Positions 9,868-18,282 of a stretch of 32,788 nt of DNA are shown here, in pieces. Below the pieces are notes generated by a model. That model saw only the letters and a program-made list of their open reading frames with translations, had not been told where the DNA came from and did not search any database. The stretch spans positions 1 through 32,788 of IMG/VR virus record IMGVR_UViG_3300003369_000003; one strand, written 5' to 3'. Position 1 is the stretch's first letter; every line of letters begins with the position of its first letter. The DNA comes from a virus. Lineage: Duplodnaviria > Caudoviricetes. The position numbers and the translations under genes are program-made.

Positions 9868-10257
9868 ATGCATGAAATAATATCTATTTGTAGAGGAGGA
9901 GGATATATGTATTGTAAAACATCACCTCTACATCCAAAATCAAACTCAAATGGACTATATCCATTACATCGCGTAATGCTTGAAAACAAATTAGGTAGAT
10001 ATTTATTATCAACAGAAGTAGCTCATCACATAGATGGAAATAAATTTAATAATACTCTCGAAAATTTAATGGTGTTGTCTAATAGGGAACATGCAATACT
10101 CCATTTAAGAAAAGATGAAATGATTAATTCAATCTGTCCGTGTTGTGGTAAGGAGTTTCAAGAAAAACCATGTTACTATAAACTAAGACAAAAAAGGAAT
10201 AAATCAGGGAAAGTATTTTGTTCAAGATCTTGTGGCGTAAAACAAGACCCCTCATAA
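9868..10257 (+). CDS. HNH homing endonuclease with C-terminal Zn-binding domain
   Basis: HRVMLE..LGR.L...EVAHHIDGNKFNNTLENL....H (HNH_3-like), followed by CPCC..FCSRSC. Confidence 0.9.
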   Translation: MHEIISICRGGGYMYCKTSPLHPKSNSNGLYPLHRVMLENKLGRYLLSTEVAHHIDGNKFNNTLENLMVLSNREHAILHLRKDEMINSICPCCGKEFQEKPCYYKLRQKRNKSGKVFCSRSCGVKQDPS

Positions 10258-10291
10258 CCCATTAGTCAGAGGTTCGATTTCTTTCCCGCTA
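10251..10291 (+). pseudogene. 3' half of an initiator tRNA-Met gene (remnant)
   Basis: CTCATAA-CCC..GTC-AGAGG-TTCGATT..TCCCGCTA gives the anticodon loop, T arm and acceptor 3' strand, with no 5' half. Confidence 0.75.
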
Positions 10292-10339
10292 CTAATTAAA
10301 GAGTTATCTTATCTGCCATGTGTAGAAAAAGAAAAGATT

Positions 10340-10372
10340 CCGTTTAGCTTTCGCTAAGCGGTTTCGGCTTTT
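10340..10372 (+). terminator. probable terminator of the tRNA/HNH unit
   Basis: CCGTTTAGC-TTTC-GCTAAGCGG hairpin followed by T-rich sequence. Confidence 0.5.
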
Positions 10373-10379
10373 ATATTTC

Positions 10380-11460
10380 ATTCCCACTTTTGGCTGCATT
10401 TCACTACCAAGTTTGGCGGGAAATGTCAAGTTTTTACGGGTACAAACTATCATTTTTGTAACAAATTTAATCTATTTTTGTGACAGCAGTGTCGCATATA
10501 TAGTACATTTTGGCGACAATTTTGTATTGTATACAGAACAAAACTAAGGCAATGGGATAATTCTTTCCACTAAGAGGGGTACGCAAGGATAATTTTGTCG
10601 ATTAGTAAAAACCCGCACAGCAAGTGGAAATCTTTTCAACTGGGTATGTAAAATTATACTTTTGGATATAATACCAATAAGTATAACCGCAAAAAGTCAA
10701 CTGACAGGTTGACAAATAGCTCGTGTAAGTAAATTTATAAGTTGACATTTTGCATTATTATTATTGCAGATGAAAACAGGGCAAATTCAATGATAATGTT
10801 CAATATTTATCATTGTTCAATGGCAATGAATCTTTGTTTTCACTGAACGATATGATCCGATAACACCCGATATGATTCGATAATGAGCTATAAATGCTGC
10901 ATTTCGGAAATCAAACAAATGGCACTAAATAGCATTTGCTGCCGAATTATAGAGCAACTCCACAACAGAACAATAAAGAACAAGGACAGTAGGCTACAAA
11001 TTGACACCGACTCATTCGTAATTCGCGTTACGCAAAAGGTGTAACATATTCGCAATTTTGCGGTTAAACCTCAGCTTTTTCGTTGCAATTCGTATCTGTG
11101 AAATAAGGTTAAAGCTGATAATTAGGATATAAATGGCAGCTTATGTTAAGGAAATTAACTTCCCGAACATGCTAATAAGATCATTACTAATAAAACTATT
11201 ACTAATACTCATATTGTATGCTATAGTGTACATAAACTATACTTTTTGTACAATATATCAAACATTATGCACAACTAACATTATGTCGGCAATTACCTTT
11301 TGCGTCAAGATAAACCCTAAGAATAGCCACTTATCGTGCCATGAAAGGTAATGGTTTGCTTTTGTGCGGTTAACTATACTAAGAGTGTGGTTATATGAAT
11401 TAATTTAAACTGCAAACTTTAAATAATACCCATAAGTGCGGTTTATCCCATATCTGGCAT
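10380..11460. other. non-coding array of heterogeneous palindromes and short direct repeats
   Basis: No credible gene. More than 15 different dyads or tandem motifs are packed nearly end to end (see findings). Confidence 0.6.
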
Positions 11461-11484
11461 TAAAACTTAAAGAGAGCACAAATC

Positions 11485-11511
11485 AAAAAGGCAGCCACGA
11501 TTGACTGCCTT
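11485..11511 (-). terminator. intrinsic terminator ending the leftward operon and the sRNA
   Basis: AAGGCAG..CTGCCTT stem, with an A5 run on its left (U-tract on the minus strand). Confidence 0.75.
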
Positions 11512-11553
11512 CCAACTTAAATTAAACCATGAAAAATGAAACTAATTGTTTTG
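11485..11553 (-). ncRNA. putative ~70-nt small RNA
   Basis: Minus-strand promoter (TTTG 11590-11587, N20, TACATTTG 11566-11559) and terminator hairpin 11488-11511 with a U5 tail. Confidence 0.55.
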
Positions 11554-11591
11554 CTCAACAAATGTACGAAAAATATTTTTAATATCCAAAT

Positions 11592-11786
11592 TTATTTGAA
11601 TCCAAAGAAATTTTTAAGAAAATCCACATCGTTTGATTTTATAGGAACCATTATCGTCTTGTGATAGATAATATCCTTAGTCCCCATCTTCTTCTCGATT
11701 TTATTCATTGCATCAAATGCGTTTTCGGCAGATACTTTTGTTCTCAGTTTTTTGCCGTCTATCTCAAAATAAACTTCGTATACCAT
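11592..11786 (-). CDS. hypothetical protein
   Basis: 64-aa ORF, last gene of the leftward operon. Confidence 0.65.
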   Translation of the reverse strand: MVYEVYFEIDGKKLRTKVSAENAFDAMNKIEKKMGTKDIIYHKTIMVPIKSNDVDFLKNFFGFK

Positions 11787-11799
11787 TTTCGTTTTGATG

Positions 11800-12000
11800 T
11801 TAATACCAATTATTATACCTCGCCATTTCGTACCGATGTGCCTCTGTGATTACTTGACAGTAATTCCAATACTTTTCATCCATAGGATCATCAGTATTCT
11901 TTTTGCAGTAATCCTGAGCATCTTGTGGATTGTCAAATAACCTAACCTCGACATTATCTACATCTTGGCTCTTTCCGCTTGTGTGTAATACAATAATCAT
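11800..12000 (-). CDS. hypothetical protein
   Basis: Likely start ATG 12000 (MIIVLHTSG). Confidence 0.6.
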   Translation of the reverse strand: MIIVLHTSGKSQDVDNVEVRLFDNPQDAQDYCKKNTDDPMDEKYWNYCQVITEAHRYEMARYNNWY

Positions 12001-12011
12001 AATTTTTAGTT

Positions 12012-12470
12012 TTAAATCTTTATTGGTAACCCTGCATAAACCCAGCACAAAAGCAAACTATCTCTTTCCTCCCCGTTTGTCCTATTTCGGTCTATGCCTG
12101 TTATCTTTACTATCTCTTCGTGACTTATCTTTTGCCCTTTTATTTTCCATATTTTGCGTAACGGCTTTTGCTCAACACAGCTAATCCCTTTCCTCTTGCA
12201 ATAAGCAACAATCAGCATTCCTATCATTTGATTTTGGCCTACATATAACGCTATTCTTTGTCCACCCTTTCCTGCCGCTTCGTGATAGTTCGTGATTGAA
12301 TTTAACCAGCCTGCCTCAACTATTACTATGGCTTCTTCGTGCTTGTCAAGTTCGGCAAGTAGATCGAAAAATTCAAGAGTGCCCAGATAGGTACACTTAC
12401 CATTTTCTAATACGGCAAAACCACTTTTATCGGTGTCTGGGTCGATGCCAATATATTCGGGGTTTTTCAT
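12012..12470 (-). CDS. RuvC-like (RNase H fold) Holliday junction resolvase
   Basis: YIGIDPDTDKSG, VIVE and EERDS acidic motifs. Confidence 0.75.
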   Translation of the reverse strand: MKNPEYIGIDPDTDKSGFAVLENGKCTYLGTLEFFDLLAELDKHEEAIVIVEAGWLNSITNYHEAAGKGGQRIALYVGQNQMIGMLIVAYCKRKGISCVEQKPLRKIWKIKGQKISHEEIVKITGIDRNRTNGEERDSLLLCWVYAGLPIKI

Positions 12471-12829
12471 AGCAACTTTAAATATCTATCATAGTTTTTT
12501 AAAAAGTTTTCAGACTGCTTGTAATGAAATATATAATGGCAAACGCAAGTTCTATGAACCTTTAATACCTCTGCTATTTTATCATTTATGCCCGTCTGAA
12601 AATACATCTGCCAGACATATTTTGCAAAAATAACCTTCCACATTACATTGACATCTTTCCTGCAGGAGGTGATCTGTTCCAGCGTCATTTCAGAAACTTG
12701 CTCTAAAGCGTCAATTTCTGCCCTAAATTCGCTTTGTGGTTTATCTTTTACCTCTTGGGTACACTCTTCTGTTGTTTCGGGCTTGGCGTGCTTAAATAGC
12801 CTAAAAACGGCATTAAATAGCTTCCTCAT
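12467..12829 (-). CDS. hypothetical protein with possible C-terminal HTH
   Basis: DKIAEVLKVHRTCVCHY resembles a helix-turn-helix. Confidence 0.55.
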   Translation of the reverse strand: MRKLFNAVFRLFKHAKPETTEECTQEVKDKPQSEFRAEIDALEQVSEMTLEQITSCRKDVNVMWKVIFAKYVWQMYFQTGINDKIAEVLKVHRTCVCHYIFHYKQSENFLKNYDRYLKLL

Positions 12830-13002
12830 TATTTTCCATTTAGTTTAATATTTTTACAGTAATCGAAGTTCATTAAATGGTCTATTTCGTCAAGTTTGCA
12901 TTTGCAAAGTATCGGTTGGTCATTCCAGCCCTTGTTGTGCTCCCCAAAATGGTTATCGCAAGTCGCACAGGAGCCTATCGGTTTTTCCTTAATCTTTGCC
13001 AT
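12829..13002 (-). CDS. small Cys-rich protein (57 aa)
   Basis: Not in the ORF track. Reads MAKIKEKPIGSCATCDNH...CKC...YCK and fills the gap with overlaps at both ends. Confidence 0.6.
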   Translation of the reverse strand: MAKIKEKPIGSCATCDNHFGEHNKGWNDQPILCKCKLDEIDHLMNFDYCKNIKLNGK

Positions 13003-13186
13003 TCTTCGGTGTTAATCTGGCTGTCATTACAGAACACGCCTCAGTTTCGCCTAAGCCAATTACATGGCAAAATAACTGAGTTGGCTCGGTAATATTCAGT
13101 ATTATTACTTCTTTCTCACAGCCTTTATAGTCCTTATCAAGAATGGCTGTATCGCCTACTTTCAAATTGTGCGGGTTATTTTCCAT
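12989..13186 (-). CDS. hypothetical protein
   Basis: 65-aa ORF (LKVGD motif) overlapping its neighbours. Confidence 0.6.
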   Translation of the reverse strand: MENNPHNLKVGDTAILDKDYKGCEKEVIILNITEPTQLFCHVIGLGETEACSVMTARLTPKNGKD

Positions 13187-13391
13187 TTTGTATGTTATTA
13201 ATTTTATAAATCATAATAGCAGTAGATATTATATCTTTTACATATATTACATTTGGCGATTCTGCCGAGTTAAGCCTTTCGATTAAATCTTTAGCAATAT
13301 CCTTATCGAATCCCGCAGGGTATCTTTCATCACCTCGCATTATAAGCCACCTACCATCATCGGCCAAGTCTAAATGAAATTTATTTTCCAT
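13176..13391 (-). CDS. hypothetical protein
   Basis: 71-aa ORF in the operon. Confidence 0.6.
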   Translation of the reverse strand: MENKFHLDLADDGRWLIMRGDERYPAGFDKDIAKDLIERLNSAESPNVIYVKDIISTAIMIYKINNIQNGK

Positions 13392-13566
13392 CGGGTTTAG
13401 CTTTAAAGGTAGATTCTACTCTGCTTGCTGCCATTCCTGTTAAAATACAAAAAAACAGCCAACCTGCAATTGTCCAAAAACCTTCAATTTTTGATTGGGC
13501 GATTATAGCTACTGCTCCAAATAGCAAAACCAAAAAGAAGTTCCAAATAAATTTTCTTGTTTCCAT
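13381..13566 (-). CDS. small two-TM membrane protein
   Basis: 61 aa with two hydrophobic segments. Confidence 0.6.
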   Translation of the reverse strand: METRKFIWNFFLVLLFGAVAIIAQSKIEGFWTIAGWLFFCILTGMAASRVESTFKAKPDGK

Positions 13567-13618
13567 ATTCTAATTTTTCTGCAATGTAATAATAATTTTC
13601 TAATCTGCAAATTTTATT

Positions 13619-14275
13619 TTATAATAACCTTTGTAAATTTGACTTATTGTGGATTGTGGTGAATTTTTGCAATTCATCAATCAATTGCATTACTTTTTCT
13701 TTACTCGGTTCTGGTAGTTTATTATTGCCGCTATCTGCCCCGATATTTACCTGTTCTGGATTACATTGTTTTATCAACTGAACCATCTCCCTCATATTAA
13801 ACTCCATTATTGGCTCAATGGTTACAAATGTTTCAAATCCGCAATCCGATAACATTTTCATATATTTTGCCCGTTCTTGTGGCTTTGGGCTGATCCTCAT
13901 AATTTCAGGATAAAATATGTCGCTCTCGATTGTGGTGCAAATTACGGATTTAGGCAGTTCAAAATTCAATACCCTTTTTGGATTTTTGGTTTGAAAAAGA
14001 TATTTGTTGTCGAATTTTCTGCAATGGTCAAGAGTTTTGATAATCCAATCTTCGGGGATATTCTCCGCAAACATATCGCAACTGCTACCAACAAAGATAA
14101 AATTTCCTTTTCCTAAATCGGTTTTTAGTTCCTTTTTGTCAAATCTGACTGGGTTTAGTTTACCCCACCGCTTCATGTAACAGTACGAACAGTCGTGGTA
14201 ACACTCCCCTTTGATTGTGTTAAATGTATGTGTTACAAAATCATACATATTTCCCTTACTTAAATTTAGTCCCAT
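13619..14275 (-). CDS. radical-SAM-like protein (DUF5131 / phage Gp37-Gp68-like)
   Basis: CYHDCSYCY (CxxxCxxC), IFVGSSCDMF, FQTKNP and TIEPI motifs. Confidence 0.8.
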   Translation of the reverse strand: MGLNLSKGNMYDFVTHTFNTIKGECYHDCSYCYMKRWGKLNPVRFDKKELKTDLGKGNFIFVGSSCDMFAENIPEDWIIKTLDHCRKFDNKYLFQTKNPKRVLNFELPKSVICTTIESDIFYPEIMRISPKPQERAKYMKMLSDCGFETFVTIEPIMEFNMREMVQLIKQCNPEQVNIGADSGNNKLPEPSKEKVMQLIDELQKFTTIHNKSNLQRLL

Positions 14276-14331
14276 TTTTAATGGTTTTATATTATTTTGC
14301 TGAAATTTTATTATGTTAAATAGAAATTAAA

Positions 14332-15642
14332 TTAATAATTTGTTATTTGTGTCATACTTTCGTTATACCTAAAAGCAACATCTCCTGTGGCTCCTTCTCT
14401 GTGCTTCGCAATTATTATCTCACCTATTCCCGCACTCAATACCATTTGTCCATCCCATAACTTAACATCCGTTATTCCGTAATATTCAGCCCTGTAAAGA
14501 AACATTACAATATCTGCATCCTGCTCAATAGCACCAGATTCCCTCAAATCGCTTAATTGCGGTCTTTTATCCGCCCTTGCTTCCGTTTGCCTTGAAAGCT
14601 GGGAGAGTAAAATGATAGGCAAGTCAAGTTCTTTTGATAGTATCTTAGCCTGTCTTGTGGTCTGCGAAACCTCCTGCTCCCTGTTCCTGTTTTTCTCGCC
14701 GGTTGTCATATCAGCTAATTGAAGATAGTCAATAAGTACTATTTCGCACTTACCTTTGCGTTTCATAATGCGGGAATGATTGCGGATATATGCCATCGAA
14801 ACTTTTGGATTTGGATCAATGTATATAGGCAAATGAGATAAAAAATTCTGCGCCTCCATAAGTTCTGTCCATTGCTCAAACTCGCCTGATTTATACGCAT
14901 CATAATCAAAATTACCTACTGACATTAAAAGCCTGTCGGCAAGAGAAATATCTGACATTTCCAAAGAATAGATACAAACCTGAACACCTGCTATTGCTGC
15001 TTCCTTTGCAAAGTGCATCATCATAGCACTTTTTCCCATTGCCGGCCTCGCTGCCAATACAATCAATTGACTGCCCTTCCATCCATTTGTCAACCTGTCA
15101 AGTGGCCGTATGCCTGATGTAATCCCTATCTGTCTGCCCTCCTTGCGGTCTGTAACCCTTTGCTCTGCCCTTACTACCGCTTTCTCTGCAATTACTGAAA
15201 TGTGCTTGAATCCGTCATTTTCAGAAGTGGTTATATTAAACACCTCCTCCATTCCTGATTGAGCATATTCAATGATTTTTTGTATTTCTTCCTTTGATTC
15301 ACATAATGTAACCCCCTGAACAAAATAGTTCCTTAATAACTTTGAAGCATGGTGCTGTTTAAGCAATAGGCAATAATCCTGCAATCTATCTGCGCTCACT
15401 ACTTCCCTTGTCATATCGGTTAGATATGTAACCCCTCCATTAGCCTCTAATTCGGTCTGCAATGCATTTGCAAGTATGAAAAGGTCTATTCTCCTGCCTT
15501 CATTGTTAAAGTCATTAATTTGTGAGAAAATAATCCTCTCTATGCCTGTGAACATATCCGATGTTACAAGTTCACACGCCAAACCCGCTGCCTCTGGTTC
15601 TGCAATTACTGATGCTATTATTAGTTTTTCAAATTCTTTCAT
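14332..15642 (-). CDS. dnaB: replicative DNA helicase (DnaB family)
   Basis: LAARPAMGKS Walker A, SLEM, IDYLQL, LSQLSR and SDLRESGAIEQDAD motifs. Confidence 0.95.
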   Translation of the reverse strand: MKEFEKLIIASVIAEPEAAGLACELVTSDMFTGIERIIFSQINDFNNEGRRIDLFILANALQTELEANGGVTYLTDMTREVVSADRLQDYCLLLKQHHASKLLRNYFVQGVTLCESKEEIQKIIEYAQSGMEEVFNITTSENDGFKHISVIAEKAVVRAEQRVTDRKEGRQIGITSGIRPLDRLTNGWKGSQLIVLAARPAMGKSAMMMHFAKEAAIAGVQVCIYSLEMSDISLADRLLMSVGNFDYDAYKSGEFEQWTELMEAQNFLSHLPIYIDPNPKVSMAYIRNHSRIMKRKGKCEIVLIDYLQLADMTTGEKNRNREQEVSQTTRQAKILSKELDLPIILLSQLSRQTEARADKRPQLSDLRESGAIEQDADIVMFLYRAEYYGITDVKLWDGQMVLSAGIGEIIIAKHREGATGDVAFRYNESMTQITNY

Positions 15643-15645
15643 ATC

Positions 15646-16380
15646 TTAAATCATTGCACCTTTTGGTTTGGTTTGTTCTAGGACTGGTTGTTGGTAGGTT
15701 CTTTGTTTATAGACCTTGTTGATGTTTAGTGCATTTGTATATGTCTCTCGCCAATCAATTGTTTTTGTCTTTGTGGCCTTCCTTTTTTTCCACCCCTTTT
15801 CTGTTCCCCAATATTCAATAAACGCTTTTTTTAGTGTTAAGAGAATATCTACATTTGGGTTTATCTCTTCTTTGGATAGAATAAAATCTCTGTCTGCAAT
15901 AAGTGACTTATAAGCCTCCTCTGCCTCTTGCCTGTAAATATCAAAATTCTCTTTCCATAAGATAGTTTCTTTATCCTTATCCTCTTCCTTATCTTTATCT
16001 TTATCCTTTTCCTTATCTCTTTGTATAGTCTTTGTATAGTCTATCCATAGTCTATGATTTTTTAAAAGAGTGATATAAGACTGATGTGGTTTATTTGATT
16101 TATTTTCTTCAATAAGTACACCATATTGGAAGTGGCAAAAATCGGTTATCCAAAGTTTTTTACAATTAAACCATTTTATTTTTTCACCAAAGGCATTAGA
16201 AATATCTTCACGGGTAAATTCTTCTCCTATTATAAAAGATGCAAGTTCTAAATCTTCCTCCCATACACCAACTGAATCACAATTGCAAATTAAATAAAGC
16301 CAAAACAACTTGTGTTTCGGTGATAGCTTTCTGAACCACTTATTTTGTGTCCAGATTGTTGTTTCTATAAATCTTTTCAT
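15646..16380 (-). CDS. phage replication initiator protein
   Basis: N-terminal wHTH-like region (WFRKLSPKHKLFWLYLI), DKDKDKEEDKDKE linker, internal iterons, and position upstream of DnaB. Confidence 0.75.
   Translation of the reverse strand: MKRFIETTIWTQNKWFRKLSPKHKLFWLYLICNCDSVGVWEEDLELASFIIGEEFTREDISNAFGEKIKWFNCKKLWITDFCHFQYGVLIEENKSNKPHQSYITLLKNHRLWIDYTKTIQRDKEKDKDKDKEEDKDKETILWKENFDIYRQEAEEAYKSLIADRDFILSKEEINPNVDILLTLKKAFIEYWGTEKGWKKRKATKTKTIDWRETYTNALNINKVYKQRTYQQPVLEQTKPKGAMI
16019..16056. repeat. 11-bp iteron-like repeats, putative replication origin
   Basis: CTTTGTATAGT-CTTTGTATAGT-CTATCCATAGT-CTATG inside the initiator gene, as in lambda O/ori. Confidence 0.6.
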
Positions 16381-16673
16381 AATCCAATAAATTCAAAGTA
16401 AAACATTCCCCTTATCAGCTTATACGGATATTTATTTAATACCAATTGCTTAAACTGAATCAGTTCTAAATCTGCCTTTTTTCTATTACAATCGTAACAC
16501 GAAAGGCATAAATTTCCCCTTGTTCCGTCTTTGTATTTTGAGAGTGGTTTAATATGGTCAATCTCCGTATTACTAACATCTCGATAACCCAAGATTAGTT
16601 CGCAGCCACAATAATAGCACCTTCCATGTTGTTGTGCCATTCTCTTTTTGTAAAATGATTCTGATAGCTTCAT
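16377..16673 (-). CDS. HNH endonuclease
   Basis: CYYCG...IDHIKPLSK..G...NLCLSCYDCNRKK. Likely start ATG 16673. Confidence 0.85.
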   Translation of the reverse strand: MKLSESFYKKRMAQQHGRCYYCGCELILGYRDVSNTEIDHIKPLSKYKDGTRGNLCLSCYDCNRKKADLELIQFKQLVLNKYPYKLIRGMFYFEFIGL

Positions 16674-16823
16674 AGTATCCTCATAAAACAAGAACTCCCA
16701 CAAAAACAATACTATCAGTTCCGTAGGGATAAGTTAACCCATCTGATAGTATTTGCCTCTGTGAGAGCCTATTTGTTAAATGTATTTTTTTTGTCATAAC
16801 TTATTATTTTTTCAACGGTTCTA

Positions 16824-16855
16824 CAAAGGTACACATTTTATTTTAATCTACCAAA
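16824..16855 (-). promoter_or_regulatory. Bacteroidota promoter for the replication operon
   Basis: TTTG-N20-TACCTTTG on the minus strand. Confidence 0.7.
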
Positions 16856-17244
16856 CTAGTTAAAAGTCTTGTTATTTTATTACATATTTTTAGACTTTCC
16901 TGATCAAACTCTTTTTTGGTAATTTCTATCGTACAGGAAGATAATGTCAATTGGGCTTCTGGTTCTATCCTTATTATTCCGTGACTATCTTTCTGCAAAG
17001 TAGTTGCTTCCACCCAAAAAGGCAAAGAAACAGCCGTAGCCTTGATATACATCCACCAATAATCTTTTTCAGTTTGTGGGCAACTATAACAATTCCGATA
17101 TTTGAAATATTTGTTAAGATATTTTCCCTTAAGTTTTGGCAGTTCTTCTTCGTTTTCTATTCTTTCTACCCTTGCTTGGAGTAGATTCAATTTCCGCACA
17201 AGTGCAGATTCTTTTTCTTTTAGTTCTTTTAAATTTGTATTCAT
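16843..17244 (-). CDS. hypothetical protein
   Basis: 133-aa ORF. Confidence 0.65.
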   Translation of the reverse strand: MNTNLKELKEKESALVRKLNLLQARVERIENEEELPKLKGKYLNKYFKYRNCYSCPQTEKDYWWMYIKATAVSLPFWVEATTLQKDSHGIIRIEPEAQLTLSSCTIEITKKEFDQESLKICNKITRLLTSLVD

Positions 17245-17245
17245 T

Positions 17246-17437
17246 TTATTTTAATTTTTCACTTATTCCCTCACTTAATCCCTCAGTTTCCATACAGAAA
17301 TAAAACATATTTCCTTTTGTTTTCGGTTCTCTCACAAAATTGGCTTCGATAGCATCTTTGTTTGTGAATTGCAACACCTTTGTCGTTAAGGCTTCGAGCG
17401 TTCTTTCGCAAAACAGTTTAAGCAGGATAGGTTCCAT
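17246..17437 (-). CDS. hypothetical protein
   Basis: 63-aa ORF coupled to its neighbours. Confidence 0.55.
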   Translation of the reverse strand: MEPILLKLFCERTLEALTTKVLQFTNKDAIEANFVREPKTKGNMFYFCMETEGLSEGISEKLK

Positions 17438-17649
17438 TACTTTTTATTCGGTTTATACTGACAGCGTAAACACACCCCAGTCTTAATAAGGTGGCCGTAC
17501 CAAAGTCCGCACCAAAATTTATAAATTAGCGTCTTCTGTTCCGCTACTGCCTTTTCGTCATCGGTTAAATTTGCATTTTCGTACTCTTTTGCTTGTTGCA
17601 TCAGGTTGTCAAACATCTGCTTGCCTATCCCTGTTTCAATGAATTCCAT
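17437..17649 (-). CDS. hypothetical protein
   Basis: 70 aa with a C-terminal C..H..CxxC. Confidence 0.55.
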   Translation of the reverse strand: MEFIETGIGKQMFDNLMQQAKEYENANLTDDEKAVAEQKTLIYKFWCGLWYGHLIKTGVCLRCQYKPNKK

Positions 17650-17668
17650 GTTAAAATGTTTTAATTAT

Positions 17669-18022
17669 TTAGATATCCGTACTATTTTTATCAAGGGCAG
17701 AGGTAATCCCCGGCCATCTCTTCCAATCGTCATACATTTGTTCGATTGTTTCTTTGTCGTGACCCGTGAGCCACATACAAAACTCTAAAAGCTCACTATT
17801 TAATTCAGTGTCTTTTACTTCCACCCATTTTTCCTTATCAAGTTTTTCCCAAAAATCATGACCTTGTTTGGTGTTCTCCCAGATAAAAGCCGTTCCAATA
17901 GTTGTATTTACTGAAATAATGCCATCTACGCAGTTATCTAAAAACTCCTGCAAGACTCCTTTTTTCATTAAAAACATCATTAGTTCTTTTGAAAGGGGTA
18001 GTGTGTAGTCTGTTGAGTTCAT
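17669..18022 (-). CDS. hypothetical protein
   Basis: 117 aa with the AFIWENTKQGHDFW motif common in phage proteins. Confidence 0.65.
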   Translation of the reverse strand: MNSTDYTLPLSKELMMFLMKKGVLQEFLDNCVDGIISVNTTIGTAFIWENTKQGHDFWEKLDKEKWVEVKDTELNSELLEFCMWLTGHDKETIEQMYDDWKRWPGITSALDKNSTDI

Positions 18023-18039
18023 AATTAATTTATTACTCC

Positions 18040-18282
18040 TTATTTTTTTATGTCAAATCCAATTATTATATATTCATTAATCAAGTCGCCCTCTCGGATT
18101 ACCATTTTTCCTCGTGCGATAAGATCATAGGGGCTACTTAAGTCTGATTTAGCCACTTTTACCTTATTGTGGCTATGTACTACCGCTATTCCAATTTGGA
18201 TTAAACCTTGCCACACTGGAAGGCTTTTAGTCGTGTATCTCACCGTCTGGCAGGGATAGGGAATTTCGATCTTGTGTTGCAT
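18040..18282 (-). CDS. hypothetical protein
   Basis: Likely start ATG 18282 (MQHKIE). Confidence 0.5.
   Translation of the reverse strand: MQHKIEIPYPCQTVRYTTKSLPVWQGLIQIGIAVVHSHNKVKVAKSDLSSPYDLIARGKMVIREGDLINEYIIIGFDIKK

Noticed and set aside
9750-10253. Group I intron in tRNA-fMet
   Set aside because: The upstream tRNA is already complete and the intervening DNA is almost all promoter plus HNH ORF, leaving no room for a ribozyme core.
11133-11351. 72-aa + strand ORF in the non-coding block
   Set aside because: It has no recognisable motif and overlaps several repeats and dyads, so it is probably incidental, though translation cannot be excluded.
15970-16018. (TTATCC/TTATCT)n short repeats
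   Set aside because: They are explained by the DKDKDKEEDKDKE low-complexity linker typical of phage initiators.
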